Shown here piece after piece: positions 37,921-50,463 of a stretch of DNA of 64,000 nt. The notes beneath the pieces were generated by a model, which was given only the letters and a program-made list of their open reading frames with translations, was not told the DNA's origin and ran no database searches. Position 1 is the first letter of the stretch; every line of letters begins with the position of its first letter. The position numbers and the translations under genes were made by a program. This DNA comes from Chiloscyllium plagiosum (lineage: Eukaryota): NCBI RefSeq assembly GCF_004010195.1, contig NC_057711.1, forward strand, positions 79,394,866 to 79,458,865, read 5' to 3'.

Positions 37921-38657
37921 TGATTTTCCAAACTGCCCCTATCTGTATGAGTTTCCCCATCATATTGTTTTTGGGTTCCTTTGCCAATCATTTTAAAAAA
38001 AATCCCATTTTGAGTTATTTAGTAAATGAGGTCCATGGCAGCTGGTCCACCATCTCTTGCAGTGCTTTTTCTCAGTAAATCTTTTTACAGTTTCCCTTGT
38101 TTATAATTCGTGTTGGCTCTTTGGCTTCCTCCTTGTGCAGTCATGTGGCAGGAGATGTGGAAGTGCTTGCCACTGCTGGAACCTTCCAGCATTCACACTG
38201 TTGGCATCATTTATGAAGCCTAGTGCCATACCATTTTAAATGTTGCAAGCCAGGCACTGACGCTCACACTGTGGAATTTGCTCATTATCGCTGAGGACGT
38301 GATCCAGAAAGGCAACCTCACACCCAGCTTTCACAGACAGGGACCTGGTAAGTGGAATGGTGCAATGGAGGGCCTTTCCTCTTCCTGCTGGTCAACAAAG
38401 GAGCCATGCCACCAGTCGCAGCCAGGCTGGGCACACAAAGCAGCTCAGGTCATTGCTCGGCAGTACCGGAAGGGAGTCAGTGTTTACCTGGACTTTACAA
38501 GGCTAAGTGCCGCTATCTGTTCTATGCTACCTCACACTCACAGGACCATCACTCACTCTAATTTTGCCACTGTGCAGGTATTGTACCAGGATTCATTGAC
38601 TACAACTCGCGTAATGGTTCTAACTCATCTCATCTACCAAACTACTAAACCTTCTTG

Positions 38658-38775
38658 GGAGGAGAAAGTGAGGTCTGCAGATGCTGGAGATCAGAGATGG
38701 AAATGTGTTGCTGGAAAAGCGCAGCAGGTCAGGCAGCATCTAGGGAACAGGAGAATCGACGTTTCGGGCATTAGC
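38658..38775 (-). mobile_element. 118 bp PLE terminal-repeat insertion with partial hammerhead motif
   Basis: Direct repeats CCTTCTTG at 38650-38657 and 38776-38783. The minus strand reads GAAGGGCTAATGCCCGAAACGTCGATTCTCC. Confidence 0.8.
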
Positions 38776-39669
38776 CCTTCTTGCCCTCTGCACTTCCTAC
38801 TCACTCACTAGGGCCACCTTGCCAACCCTCCTTCTCCTGTAATACCACTGACTGCTTTTCTGTTTCTATATTGTTGAAACCATTCCCTTGGTTATTTGCA
38901 AGAAATATTGACCCACCCCTGGATTGATGGATTCTCTGTAATCTGGGTGACCTATCTGTCATCTCTGGACCACTTGCAGGATTGACCATGGCTCAGTCCC
39001 CAGCACGCAAAGGCATTCATCTTCAGACTCTTGCAGACAAAGCCCTAACTTATCATAGCCAATCCATGATCTGGAATAGAACAAGCCCTTTGACTAACTG
39101 TGATGGTATCACTTGACTGACTGTAGCCTGTCTTGATCCTAATGAGGACTGCTCTCTTTCATACATAGCCATTCACCTTGAAGCACATGCAGCATGTTTG
39201 CCATGTAGGCTGCTGGCCCTTGCTGCAGGTAGGCTTTGATGTAGCCTGATGTTGTACAGCAATGTGTCCATCTCTTTACTGTTCAGTGTTCCCTGCTGTG
39301 ACAAGCTTCCCGTCTCCTCCTCTTTTTCTGTGCTGAAAAGCAATACCAGACATAAAAGCCGGCAGTCTCCAATTACTGACAAAGTGAATAAGTGCCAAGA
39401 CTGCAAGGAGCCATAGGATCATGTGATCATCTTTCATATGTACTGGTAGGCTGTTTGACCAGGACTGAGAAGACATTTGCACCAAATATAAGAAACTAAA
39501 ATGTGTTTTCTGTAAGCCTCCTTCATGACAACTGGTCAAAATTATCACAGTGACTGCATTTTAGAAGTATTTCATTGGCTGTTAGGGGCACTGTGATTGG
39601 CATTATATAAATGCAAGCCTTTATTTTTATTTGATAAAATAATCATTGGTACTTTTCCTTCTTGGGTAG

Positions 39670-40125
39670 GGTCAGAGAAATCTGCATGTCATAGTGTCTG
39701 CGCTGATCAAAAACAAGCACCTAGCTAATCCAATCCTGTTTTCCAGCACTTAGCACATAGGCTTGTATGCCTTTAATATTGCAAGTGCACAGTTAAATAC
39801 TTCAGTGTTATGAAGGTTTCTGTCTCTACCACTCTGACAAGCAGTTAGTTCCAGATTCCTAACACCATCTGAGTAATTTTTTTTCCCCTCCCATCCCCTC
39901 TAAACCCCTGTCCCTTATCTTAAAACTCTGTTCCCTGGTCATTGATCCCTCCACCATGGGGAAACATTTCTTCCTAAATACCCTATCAATGCCCCTCATA
40001 ATTGTATAAATCTCAATCATGTCCCACTAAGTTTCTTCTCCTTTAAGGAAAATATCCCCAGTCTATCCAGTCTCTCTTCTTATCTGAAACTCTCCAGTCT
40101 AGGCAATATGCTGGTAAATGCCTTC
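39670..40125 (-). mobile_element. CR1-like 3' fragment
   Basis: Same organisation as the CR1 3' ends at 23105-23470 and 45605-46100. Confidence 0.7.
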
Positions 40126-40439
40126 CTCTTGGCTGTGAGATCATTGTGTAAATGCATCCATGATGTAGTAGTGAGCCAACTTCTACAAATGTTCCATTCT
40201 ATGAACAAAGTGCAATATGATTCACAGTATATCATTTATATGCAACAGTGTAGCACACTGTGTACCATTTTAAAAGATGTGCTGCAGAAATTCATTGAGG
40301 CTACTTGCAAATCTGCCAAACCAAAGACCACTGCCATATCACATTAGTTTAAAAGATAAGGCTGAAGCATCCGCAACAGTTTTCTGCTAGAAGTGCCATG
40401 TGAATGCTTCATCTTGGTCTTGGCAGTCCCAGCATCACA

Positions 40440-41062
40440 GATACCAGTCTTCAGACAATTTAATTCACATGATACACAAAATGATTTGAGACACTGGATG
40501 CTGCATAGGCAGTGATCCTGACAACATTTTGGCAATAGTACAAAAGGTCTCTAGAACTTACTGCATTCCTAGCTTAGCTGTTCCAGTACAGCTTCAGAAT
40601 TCACATTTGCTTGATAATATGGAAAATTAATCAATATGTCCTCTATAAATGGAGGACAGATCTGACCTGACCAAACCCCATTGTTCTACGCTTGACTATC
40701 GGGAAAATGGTGGAAAGTATCACCAGTATTGCTATCAAGCAGCACTTGCTTACTAATGTTTAGTTTGGGTTCCAGCAAGGCCACTCAGCTCCTGACTTCA
40801 TTACAGCCTTGGTTCAAACATGGACAAAAGAGCTGAATTCTGGTGGTAATGTGAGAGTGCCATTAACATGAAGGCTGCATTTGACTGGGTGTGGTATCAA
40901 GGAGCCCGAGAAAAAGTGAGTCCATGTGAACTGGGGAAAATTCTTTACTGGTTGGAATCATAGCTAACACACTGGAAGATGGTTGTGGTTGTTCAAGGTT
41001 TGGTATCTCAGTTCCAGGACATTTCTGTAGCCATTCCACGAGGTCGTGTTCTGGGCCCAATT
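40440..41062 (+). mobile_element. LINE RT-region fragment, overlapping in sequence with 21880-22010
   Basis: Shares (C)TAGC(T/C)(T/A)AG(C/T)TGTTC..TACAGC with about 21960-21985. Ends in IPRGRVLGP, a degenerate VPQGSVLGP. Confidence 0.7.
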
Positions 41063-42599
41063 TTATTTTTAATAAGCTTCCAAGGTTAGTTCAGTAAACA
41101 GATTGGACATTATAAAAATTATAAATAGCTATTACAATTTTGTTATGAATCCAACTGAAGTATGTATTTCAGTAGGTAGATGTCTGAGATTAAGGAATAG
41201 GCCAGAACGGTAAAATTCATGCTTGGAAAAAGAAGTTCTGTATTTATGTGGTGCTTCTCGTGATACCAGACCTCCAATAGCCCTTTAAAGCTGATGAAGT
41301 TCCTTAAAAGCATAATTTCTGTTGTTAGGTAGAAATCACAGCAGGCTTGCACAATGTGAGCATGGCCAAATAATTTGTCCTTACGATGGTGATTGAATGA
41401 TAAATATCGACCAGGGTAACTCTGCTATTTCAAAATGGTGCCTTGGGCTCCTTTATGCCCACTTCAAGGTTTTCATTTTGGAGGAGGGTCTGGCAAGTTT
41501 GCTCATGCTGTATTTGTATTCACCCATGCTTTGTGGCAGAGATAGAGGAGGCAGGTCTGCTCCAGACTATAAGCACTCACAGGTGGCGATGGAGGCAGGC
41601 TGATGATGAAGTGACCTGTTTAAAAGCCCGTGCCTACATGCAGACTCCGTTCTAGCAATGAATGTGAGCCCCATCCCTCTCCCTTTGTCTGCATATTCCT
41701 TTTGTATCCCTCACCAGCAAACACTCTTCTTCCCCCATAAAACCTAAACCACTATAAACAGAACTCAGGAACCCTGTAACCATATTGAGAACCTCCACAA
41801 TCTGTCAAAACAAAGTTCACTTGTAAACCCACGTAATTAACACCTCGTGGATCTGTTGAAATGGCAACTTATATTTGCTGTTACAGCTCATCAATCCACT
41901 GTTTAAGCAACCCCTGTTGAGCTGAGTTAATTTCTTGGTTTGGAACTCAGCCAAGCATTCACAATAATATTCCCTTGAACAATCATACCACCACGCCCCT
42001 AATAGCTGAATACCTTTTAAAATCTTTGAACATAACTAGAAGCCATCGATCACTTCTTTTAAACAGCTACACCAATGTCTGAACTTCAAGGAAAACATGG
42101 AAGCAAAAACACATTTCATGCAATCAGGTTTGAATTCCACCATTCTGTAAAGAGTGCACAATATTCTAATGCATCTGAAGACTTTTTCACTTTTAAAAGT
42201 TAATGGTAATGTACCATTTCAAAACATAATTACTGTATTAAAATTGCAAACTTTATTATACAGGATTTCATTATGATCTGTGAGATTGGCAAAACCTTTT
42301 CATATGGTTCCTAATTCCAAACCATGATTGCTCTGCGATTCACAATGTGAAACATGTCTTCCCAAACAGGCCTGAAACCTGAAAATTGCAAAAGGCCTAA
42401 TATGCCCAGTTCTGCATTGGAGGAGCTAACATTGACACATTTAAGTGTGGGTTTGTGACCTGTCCTCTTTCCCACATCAATAAGAAATGTTGGTACCTGG
42501 AATTGGACAGGAATCAGGTCCTGCCCTTCACTTTAAAGCCCGTCTGATAATATTTGGTCCTGTGCTGGGATGGTTTCAGCCTGGGGCCTTGGTGTAATG

Positions 42600-42735
42600 G
42601 TATTTGAAAGACAGCAACTTTTGATAGTACAATCTCCCTCCATATTGCACTGAGGTGACAGCCTAGATTGTTGAGGTCATGTCTTGGAACTGGTCTTCAA
42701 TCAGCAGCCTATGACTAGAAGCGAAAGTGAGTTCT
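42600..42735 (-). mobile_element. Old Deu-domain-like SINE head fragment
   Basis: Reverse complement contains CTAGGCTGTCACCTCAGTGCAATATGGAGGGAGATTGTACTATCAAAAGTTGCTGTCTTTC, resembling the DeuSINE core as recalled. Weaker relatives at about 9830-10140, 41300-41470 and 49570-49950. Confidence 0.5.
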
Positions 42736-43485
42736 CCTTTATCAGTGAAGGCTTTTTGTAATGTACTGTAAGTTAATTGTCCAACACAATATAATATAAC
42801 AAGTTTATGAATCTTTGCTATTACACTGATATTATACTGCTAACTTGGGAATCAAATCCTGTGATACGAAGATCTATTACAACATGGTACCTTATAACAA
42901 AAATGTGTATGTGTTATTAGGTCAGGTCAGATCACATGAGGAAAAGTCCTTTAAACTACTCTGTGTGAATGATATATCTTGAAGCTTTTGTCATTTGGCT
43001 GAACAGTGAAGTTTGTACAGCAGGGATGTAAAGATCTGCTTGGATGTAATCTGGCTTCCAAAAATCCAATTAGCTATGATTGTGCAACATTCATCAGCTT
43101 TGATCTTTTAGTAGACACACATGCTGTGTATTTTACATTGTACTTTGACTAATTATGACAATAATTACATCTCTCCTGGAAACAGGTACCGAGGTATGTA
43201 CGTGTTGGGTCAATTAAATACTATAGCTTTCCTTTAGGCTACAGGAATAGCTTGAATGATTATGGGTAGAAGTATTGTCCAGAGAATATGTATTTTGCAT
43301 TTTACTTTTGAAGACTATGGTTCTGAGAATCTCCTGATTGTTGCCCCAGTGAGAAAAAGAAACAACCTTGCTAAGCACTGCTAATAGAGTTTTAACGGTC
43401 TTGCTAGTCTGTCAGAACTGATGGAATTCAGTGCACTGAATGGTGTTTCCTTCTTTTCACTTACCTTTGCTTTTTTCAATGTTCT

Positions 43486-44553
43486 ATAGTTGAGAGTGTG
43501 GTGCTGGAAAAGCATAACCGGTCAGGCAGCAGCGGAGCAGGAGAATTGGTTTTTCGGGCATAAACCCTTCATCAGGAATGAGGCTTATGGGCCGGGGGTT
43601 TGAGAGATAAATGGGAGAGGGGTGGGGCTAGGAGGAAAGTAGCTGTGAATGTGATAGGTGGATGAAGGTGCGGGTGGAAGTGATAGGTCAGAAGGGAGGG
43701 TGGAGTAGATGGGTAGAAAGGTGGACAGGTAGGACCATTCAAGGGGGCGGTGCTGAGTTGGAGGCTTGGGACTGGGATAAGGTTGGGGTGGGGGGAGGGA
43801 GAAATGAGGAAATTGGTGAAATCTACATTAATACCGAGTGGTTCCGGGGTCCCAAGGCAGAACATGAGGCGTTCTTCCTCCAGGCGTCTGGTGATAAAAA
43901 TTTGGTGATGGAGGAGGCCCAGGACCTGCATGTCCTTGGTGGAGGGGGAGGTAGTGTTCAGCCATTAGACAGTGGGGTTGGTTGGTGCGAGTGTCCCAAA
44001 GATTGTCCCACAGAATTGGCATCCTGTCGCTCCGGTGTAGAGGAGACCACATTGGGAGCAATTGATACAGTAGGTGACGTGTATGGGAATACAGGTAAGT
44101 TTCCGTTGGATGTGGAAAGATCCTTTGGGGCCTTGGATGGAGATGAGGGGGGAGGTGTGGGTGCAGGTTTTGCACTTCCTTTGGTGGCAGGGGGAGGTGC
44201 TGGGGCTGGTGGGAAGGGTGTGGATTTGAGGGAGTCACGGAGGGAATGGTCTCTCCGGAATGCAGATAGAGTGGGTAGGGAAATACATCCCTAGTGGTGG
44301 GGTCTGTTTGCTGGTGGCCGAAGTGGCAAAGGCTAATGTGATATATGTGGAGGTTTGTGGGGTGGAAGGTGTGGACCAGGGGGGGTTCTGTTCCTTTTGC
44401 GATTGGAGGACTGGGGTTCAAAGGCAGAGGAGCAGAAGTGGAGGAGATGCTCTGGAGGGCATTGACGACCATGTGAGAGGGGTAATTGCAGTCTTTGAAG
44501 AAGGAGCCTATCTGGAATGTTCTGTGGTGGAATTGGTCCTTCTGGAAGCAGAA
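43486..44553 (-). mobile_element. Penelope-like element 3' portion (GIY-YIG region and hammerhead-bearing terminal repeat)
   Basis: Minus strand translates TCIPIHVTYCINCSQCGLLYTG. Motif CTGATGAAGGGTTTATGCCCGAAA lies within about 43548-43575. Confidence 0.85.
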
Positions 44554-45604
44554 TGATCAGTGTCCTGTATCATTTTCATTTGATATTTTGTGTGACTTTT
44601 AAATATACGTTACTTGGATCGTATCACATTTAAATTTTAAATTTATATTACTTGGCGTACCAATTCAGAGAGTCTTGAACTTTATGGAATAATATACACT
44701 GTGGACAGCAGAAGGCAAGAGTTATGTATTGCTTGGGAATGGGAAAAAATGTTCTACAAATACAGAAGACTCATTAATCATGGGTGCCATAAGCCTGAGA
44801 CAGTTAATGACAGCTATTTGCTTCAGTGAGAATAATTTCACATAATTGGTAGTGCAATATGTTATTAAACAGGTATACTTCCAAGTGCACATTTAAAATA
44901 TATTTGACATAACATTGTAAAAGTATCATCCATCACCATATAACCACGTCTCATGGTCTGATATGTGTCAATCATTACTGTATAGTAAGCATATGTATCC
45001 ATGGTACTTCTAACCCTCTGAACTTTTTAAAGCGATGTATGACCAATAAATTTTGATTACAGACTTTTTTTTCTATTGTGAGGGGAAATCCTTGTAAAAA
45101 CGTATTAGAGATAACACATTAAAATAGACTAGGCTGAAATGTTTATCTAAAAGACTGATTCATAGTTGAACAACTGTGACTAGAAGTTAAACAGAGACGG
45201 TTTGGAGCTGGTAGGTGTTTGATGTATGGTTGCAACTTCTTTAACTATACATAAAACTTAGCAAGGGAGGGGTGGAAAGTATTTATTTAAAAAAAAATGT
45301 TTGTGGAGCTGCTGTAATTTTTCCAGAACGAGTTGAGACCTGCAATGGTGTGATTTTATTTTCACAACACAAACTATCCAGCCCTCCATGCAGTTCTAGT
45401 CTAGTGTGTGGCTTTTAGTTTGTTTGACCATCATGATTGATCATGTATAAATAATTTTGGGGGTTTAAATTCCATAAGGCCACTCAGAACATTAGGGTTT
45501 TGCATATGTTGAGCTATTTCTCAGCAATTATTGAGTTGTAACATTTGAATGTAGATTTATTTTGAGGGAATGATTGGTTACTAATTGGCATAAGTTACAT
45601 TAAG

Positions 45605-46560
45605 AGTCATACATTCATAGAGATGTACAGCTTGGAAACAGACCCCTCTGTCAAACCCGTCCATGTCGACCTGATATCCTAAATGTAATCTAGTCCCATT
45701 TGCCAGCATTTAGCCCCTGATTCCTCTAAACCCTTCTTATTCATATATCCATCCAGATGCCTTTTTAAATGTTGTAATTTTACCAGCCTCCGCCACTTCC
45801 TCTGGCAGCTCATTCCATATACGCACCACCCTCTGAAAGAAAACGTTTTCCCTTAGGTCCCTTTTAAACCTTTCCTTTCTCACCTTAAACCTGTGCCCTC
45901 TAGTTTTGGAATCCTCTACTCTCAAAGAAAGAGCTTAGCTACGCACTCTATCCATGACCCTCATGACTTTATAAACCTCTATAAAGTCACCCTTCAGCTT
46001 CCATAGCACTAGTGAAATTAACCCCAGCCTATTCAGCTTCTCCTTGTACCTCATAACCTTCAACCCTAGCAATAGTTTTGTAAATCTCTTCTGAACCTTT
46101 TCAAGTTTCATAGCATCTCCCCTATAGCAGTGAGACCAGAATTACGTGCAGTATTCCAAAAGTGGCCTAACCAATGTCCTGTGCAACTATAACATGACTT
46201 CCAACTCCTATACGAAATGCACTGACCACTGAAGGTAAGCAAACCAAATGCCTTCGTCACTACCCTGTTTACCTATGACTCTACTTCCAAAGAGCTGTGA
46301 ACCTGCAACCCAAGGTTTCTTTGTTCGGCAACACTCCCCAGGATCTTACCATTAGTGTATAAGTTCTGCCCTGATTTGTCTTCTCAAAATACAGCACCTC
46401 CCATTTATCTAAATTAAACTCCATCTGCCACTCCTCGGCCATTTGCCCACCTGATCAAGGTCCCTTTGTACTCTGAGGTAACCTGCTTTGCTGTCCAGTT
46501 ACACCACCAGTTTTGGTGTCACCTGCAAACATACTAACTATACCTCCTATATTCACATCC
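45605..46560 (-). mobile_element. CR1-like LINE, 3' ~950 bp
   Basis: Minus-strand peptides FAGDTKTG and SKTRGHRFKVRKERFKRDLRENVFFQRVVRIWNELP, with a tail near 45605-45620. Confidence 0.9.
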
Positions 46561-47309
46561 AGTGGTTATTTTCAGTTACATACAATTATTGGCATTGATT
46601 TTAGCAAATAATTGTCATATTTTCCATGCTCTAATATAGTCAAGATTGAATGTTGTCTCAAAGTGTCAAGGAGATTGAGGCTGGGTGTGCAGACATAGAG
46701 CTGACCCCATTTTAAGTAATAGAATTTCTCATTATTCTCTTTTGAATATAAATTTCTGTGCCCGTACTTTTGATGGAAATTTGTATGTGAACTTTTGTCA
46801 TGCTATAATTTTAGTCCCTTTTTCTAACCATCTTTTTCTCTCTTTGTCATTCATCTTTCTTCCCCTTTTACTTAATCCTCTCTCTTGTCTCTTTTTTTTT
46901 TCCTTTCATTTCTCTCTCGCATTGACAGCATTGGCTTAATATAAGCACTGTTGCTTCTCCATCAGAAGTTTGTGGATTCAAACTACATAGCAGACATTTA
47001 AACAATTAATTCAGGCTGACACTGGCTATTTCCACCTCTTACAATTCCTGCCAACATAATATTTTCCGTTTCACCTTTACATCAGTCCATTCATGAATTG
47101 TCATCTCCAGGCTTGACTCTTCCAGTATTCTCCCTGCTGGCCATCTATCCTTTACCTTCTTTTACAGTCTAGTGCACCAAAAACTGCTGCTTCTATTTGA
47201 TCTGATTCCAATTCTGACTTGCCTATTATTCCTGCTGCTGAACTATATTGATTCTGGTCTTTCAACATGTCCAATTTGATGATCTAATTCTTTTGTTGAA
47301 TGTTTTTGT

Positions 47310-47690
47310 TGGCTTAGTTAACAAAATCACACAACACCAGGTTATAGTCCAGTGGGTTTATTTGGAAATACTAGCTTTCGAAGTACTGCTTCTTCATCGG
47401 GTAGTTGTGGAGCAGGACTGTAAGACACAGAGTTTATAGCAAAAGATAACAACTTTGTCATGGAACTGAAATGATATATTGAATAAATCTAGATTGCTGT
47501 TTAGTCTTTCATCTTTTAGAATGGGTTGCAGTTTTGGTTAATGCAGATGTAAATTCCAGAACTACTTTTAAGTCACATCCTTAAGATTTTATCTAAAGAA
47601 AGTGACATCTCAGCTCAGACAGTGCATTAAAGGTGTGAGGTTAGAGTCTGTATCCCAATCTTGAGTCAGACTGGTTCTATTTCCAAAGTG
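47310..47690 (-). mobile_element. Terminal fragment of a further PLE-like family with hammerhead-like motif
   Basis: Minus strand CCGATGAAGAAGCAGTACTTCGAAAGCTAG at about 47371-47400. End sequence resembles 63495-63570. Confidence 0.6.
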
Positions 47691-47694
47691 CTGT

Positions 47695-48860
47695 TTGAAG
47701 TCAAGTTAACAACATGCTAGATGGTCTGCTGGTTACTACTGTTGGTTGCAACTCTGGCAGACATTCAGCTCTTCTTCAACACAGAATATAGGCACATAAC
47801 TAATGGTATTAAAAGACAACAGATCCATCAGCAAGGAAAATGGTGGCTTGACAACAAAGACGACAGCTGCAATAAATAGTTGGGAGAGATTGGTGGAAGA
47901 TGACTGTGAACTTTATTCAGGCAAATTACAGGAGGAAGGACTCTTTCATTGAGGAGGCTCGAGGCACCATAGACAGCCTATCTCTCATGTTCGAGCTGAA
48001 TATTAAATCGACTGTGGAGGACTTGGCAAAACCACTGACTCCAGGTGCTGAGAAACATCTGCAGCAGAAAGTGAATAGACATGGAGAGAATTTGGTTTTT
48101 GACAAACAGCATCTTGAAATACTAGTTTCACGATTCAAAATGTTATTATACCGGCATTTAACTGCATTGGCAATGTAATGCTAGAGGGTTTTTTTATTGT
48201 AGCTTCACACATCCAGACTCCACAGTCACTGAAACGCTTACATTTGGTGCCGAAACCAACATTTGCATCACAAAAGCTGCAGTTACATACAAACTGCACA
48301 AGAAACTGCGAACACCAAACTGTGATTCTACCAAGCCTGCATTCTGAATGCATTTCACTTTAGTGGTGAGGTTCAAACAGCATTCAAACAGCAGGTTCAA
48401 ATAGCCAGGAGAAAAGCATAGACATTTCCTTTGCTGTCTCGGATGTATCCTCAGTATCTCTTGGGAGGGCAAGGTCATCAGCAAACACACATTGCTAAAC
48501 CAACAATGTCAGCACTGAGTCAACAATGTTCATTGGATGGATGTCAACAGTATATCCTAAGAAATTCTAAATGGTGAATGTGTTACTGGCTTATGACATC
48601 CTTAGCATCATACTCCTTTTAAGAACATTTGCAAATCAAATATGGAAGCGGTGGATTGTGCCAGTTGCAACTGGCAGACAGGACCTCTCATTCCCAATAT
48701 TTTGGAAGGATGTTATAGAGGCAAGGATAAAATAAACAGCTCAACTGGCCAAAAAGAGGTCCACTAAAACAGAGTCCAGTGCATCATGCACCTCTTTTTC
48801 AACTGTCTTTCTTTGTCATAAATATGTCAGAGTCTACAATTTCAAAGAACGAATACTAAG
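47695..48860 (+). mobile_element. Degraded RTE-like LINE fragments
   Basis: About 48425-48495 translates FLCCLGCILSISWEGKVISKHTL, similar to the RTE C-terminal CLRRILxIxWxDKV motif. Confidence 0.5.
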
Positions 48861-50338
48861 TCACATGAGTGATGCTTAACATGGAGTGGATGACTATGGC
48901 ATAAAAAATCATCACAAAGCTGCCACTTGCCACTTCACATTGTGATTAGGTTTCCATGCAGATTCACACTCTTATTTCATACCTTGCACTTCCTTCACCA
49001 TATGGTGTTTTATTTCATTTGCTCTTGTCTGTTACTACCTCATTGCATTGAATCTCCTAGAGTTTCCAGTTGCCATGAGTCCACCCCTTCCCAGCACCCT
49101 GTTTCCCTTTGAACATCCCTGTGCTTCTATGTTCTGCATTTCACCTTTCATTCCCTTTGTATCCCTCACCATTATGGCAAATAAGCTGAGAAGGAGCCCT
49201 TCATCACTTTCCTGGCTACATGATGCTTTTTGATGTTTTACTTCTTGAATTTTGCTGCACTCACGATCACCATCCCTGTGGCTGAATTCTACATTCTCCC
49301 GTGCTGCATTCTTTATTTTTTATTTTTCTATCCTCTGAAGGTGAAATATGACAGTTTCCCCCTCCCATCGTTTTTCTAGTTCAACATTTTGAAAGTGCAT
49401 CTGAAAATACCATTGCACCTTCTGCCACTTTATAGAAACATTTCTCGACCTCCAAAATGGTATCAACATATCACATTATGGAACAGTGTTTTTGTGAGAG
49501 TGTAAGATAAATACATATAGATTTATACACAAATCGAAAGGCACCACCAGACATGACTTTTTAATTTTTTTATGTCTTAACATTTCAAAGCATTTTCAGA
49601 TGAACAAATTTAATTTTAAAGCCAAGTCAGAATTGTAATTTAGGTGAAAGTAACAACCTTTTTGTGGACAGCAAAAGCCTTTAAATACATAAGTAGCCTT
49701 TAAGATTAGTAACTATTAATTTCTTTTCGTGGTGTCAGTTGATGGATAATTGTGAGCTCTCCTGCCTTTAATAAGGCCATGGGATGTTTCACACTTACCT
49801 GAAGCATGGCTTAAGTTTTGGTTTGATTGATGCATCTTTCTCAGTATTGCATCTTGTGCCAACTCTTCCAAATAATACAATGTATATATTAAACTTAATC
49901 TGCCACAATACAAATCTGAAACTTGTTGCATTTTCAGAGATTAAACAGTCATAAAGTTGAACTTTGTTTTAAAAATGCATCAGAAAATGCCTAATTGTAT
50001 TAATCCAATTAGGATCAAACAAGTAACAGAGATATTTTGGCCAAATTTGTTTGTGAGGTAGTGTAGCTGAAAGTACCCTTTTGGGTACATATTGCATATA
50101 CTGTCAGTGCAATTCCGTGTAAGGCAATCTGTTACTCAACATTATTGTTCACTGAAAAATTCACAAAATCAAGCATGCGATATCTTCAAGAAAGTAATAA
50201 TCTGCAGGAATATTGTTAAGTAGCAAATTGAAGGATGCACGTACAAGGGATGGACATTTTTCATACATATGAACATACAAATTAGGAACCAGGAATAGCC
50301 TACGCAACTCCTCGAGCCTGCTCCACCATTCAGCAAGA

Positions 50339-50463
50339 CATTGCTGAAAACAAAACAACCTGAGTTCGAAAGAAGGGTCACTGGACCCAAAACATTAACT
50401 CTGTTTTTTCTTCACAGATGGTGTCAGACCTGGTAATTTTTTTCCAGCAATTTGTGTTTTGTT
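50339..50463 (+). mobile_element. 125 bp PLE terminal-repeat-like insertion inside a CR1 3' end
   Basis: CAAGA direct repeats at 50334-50338 and 50464-50468. Degenerate core CGAAAGAAGGGTCACTGGACCCAAAACATTA. Confidence 0.6.

Noticed and set aside
43572..44556. Several 100-214 aa ORFs on both strands
   Set aside because: They are off-frame or antisense readings of a decayed Penelope-like element.
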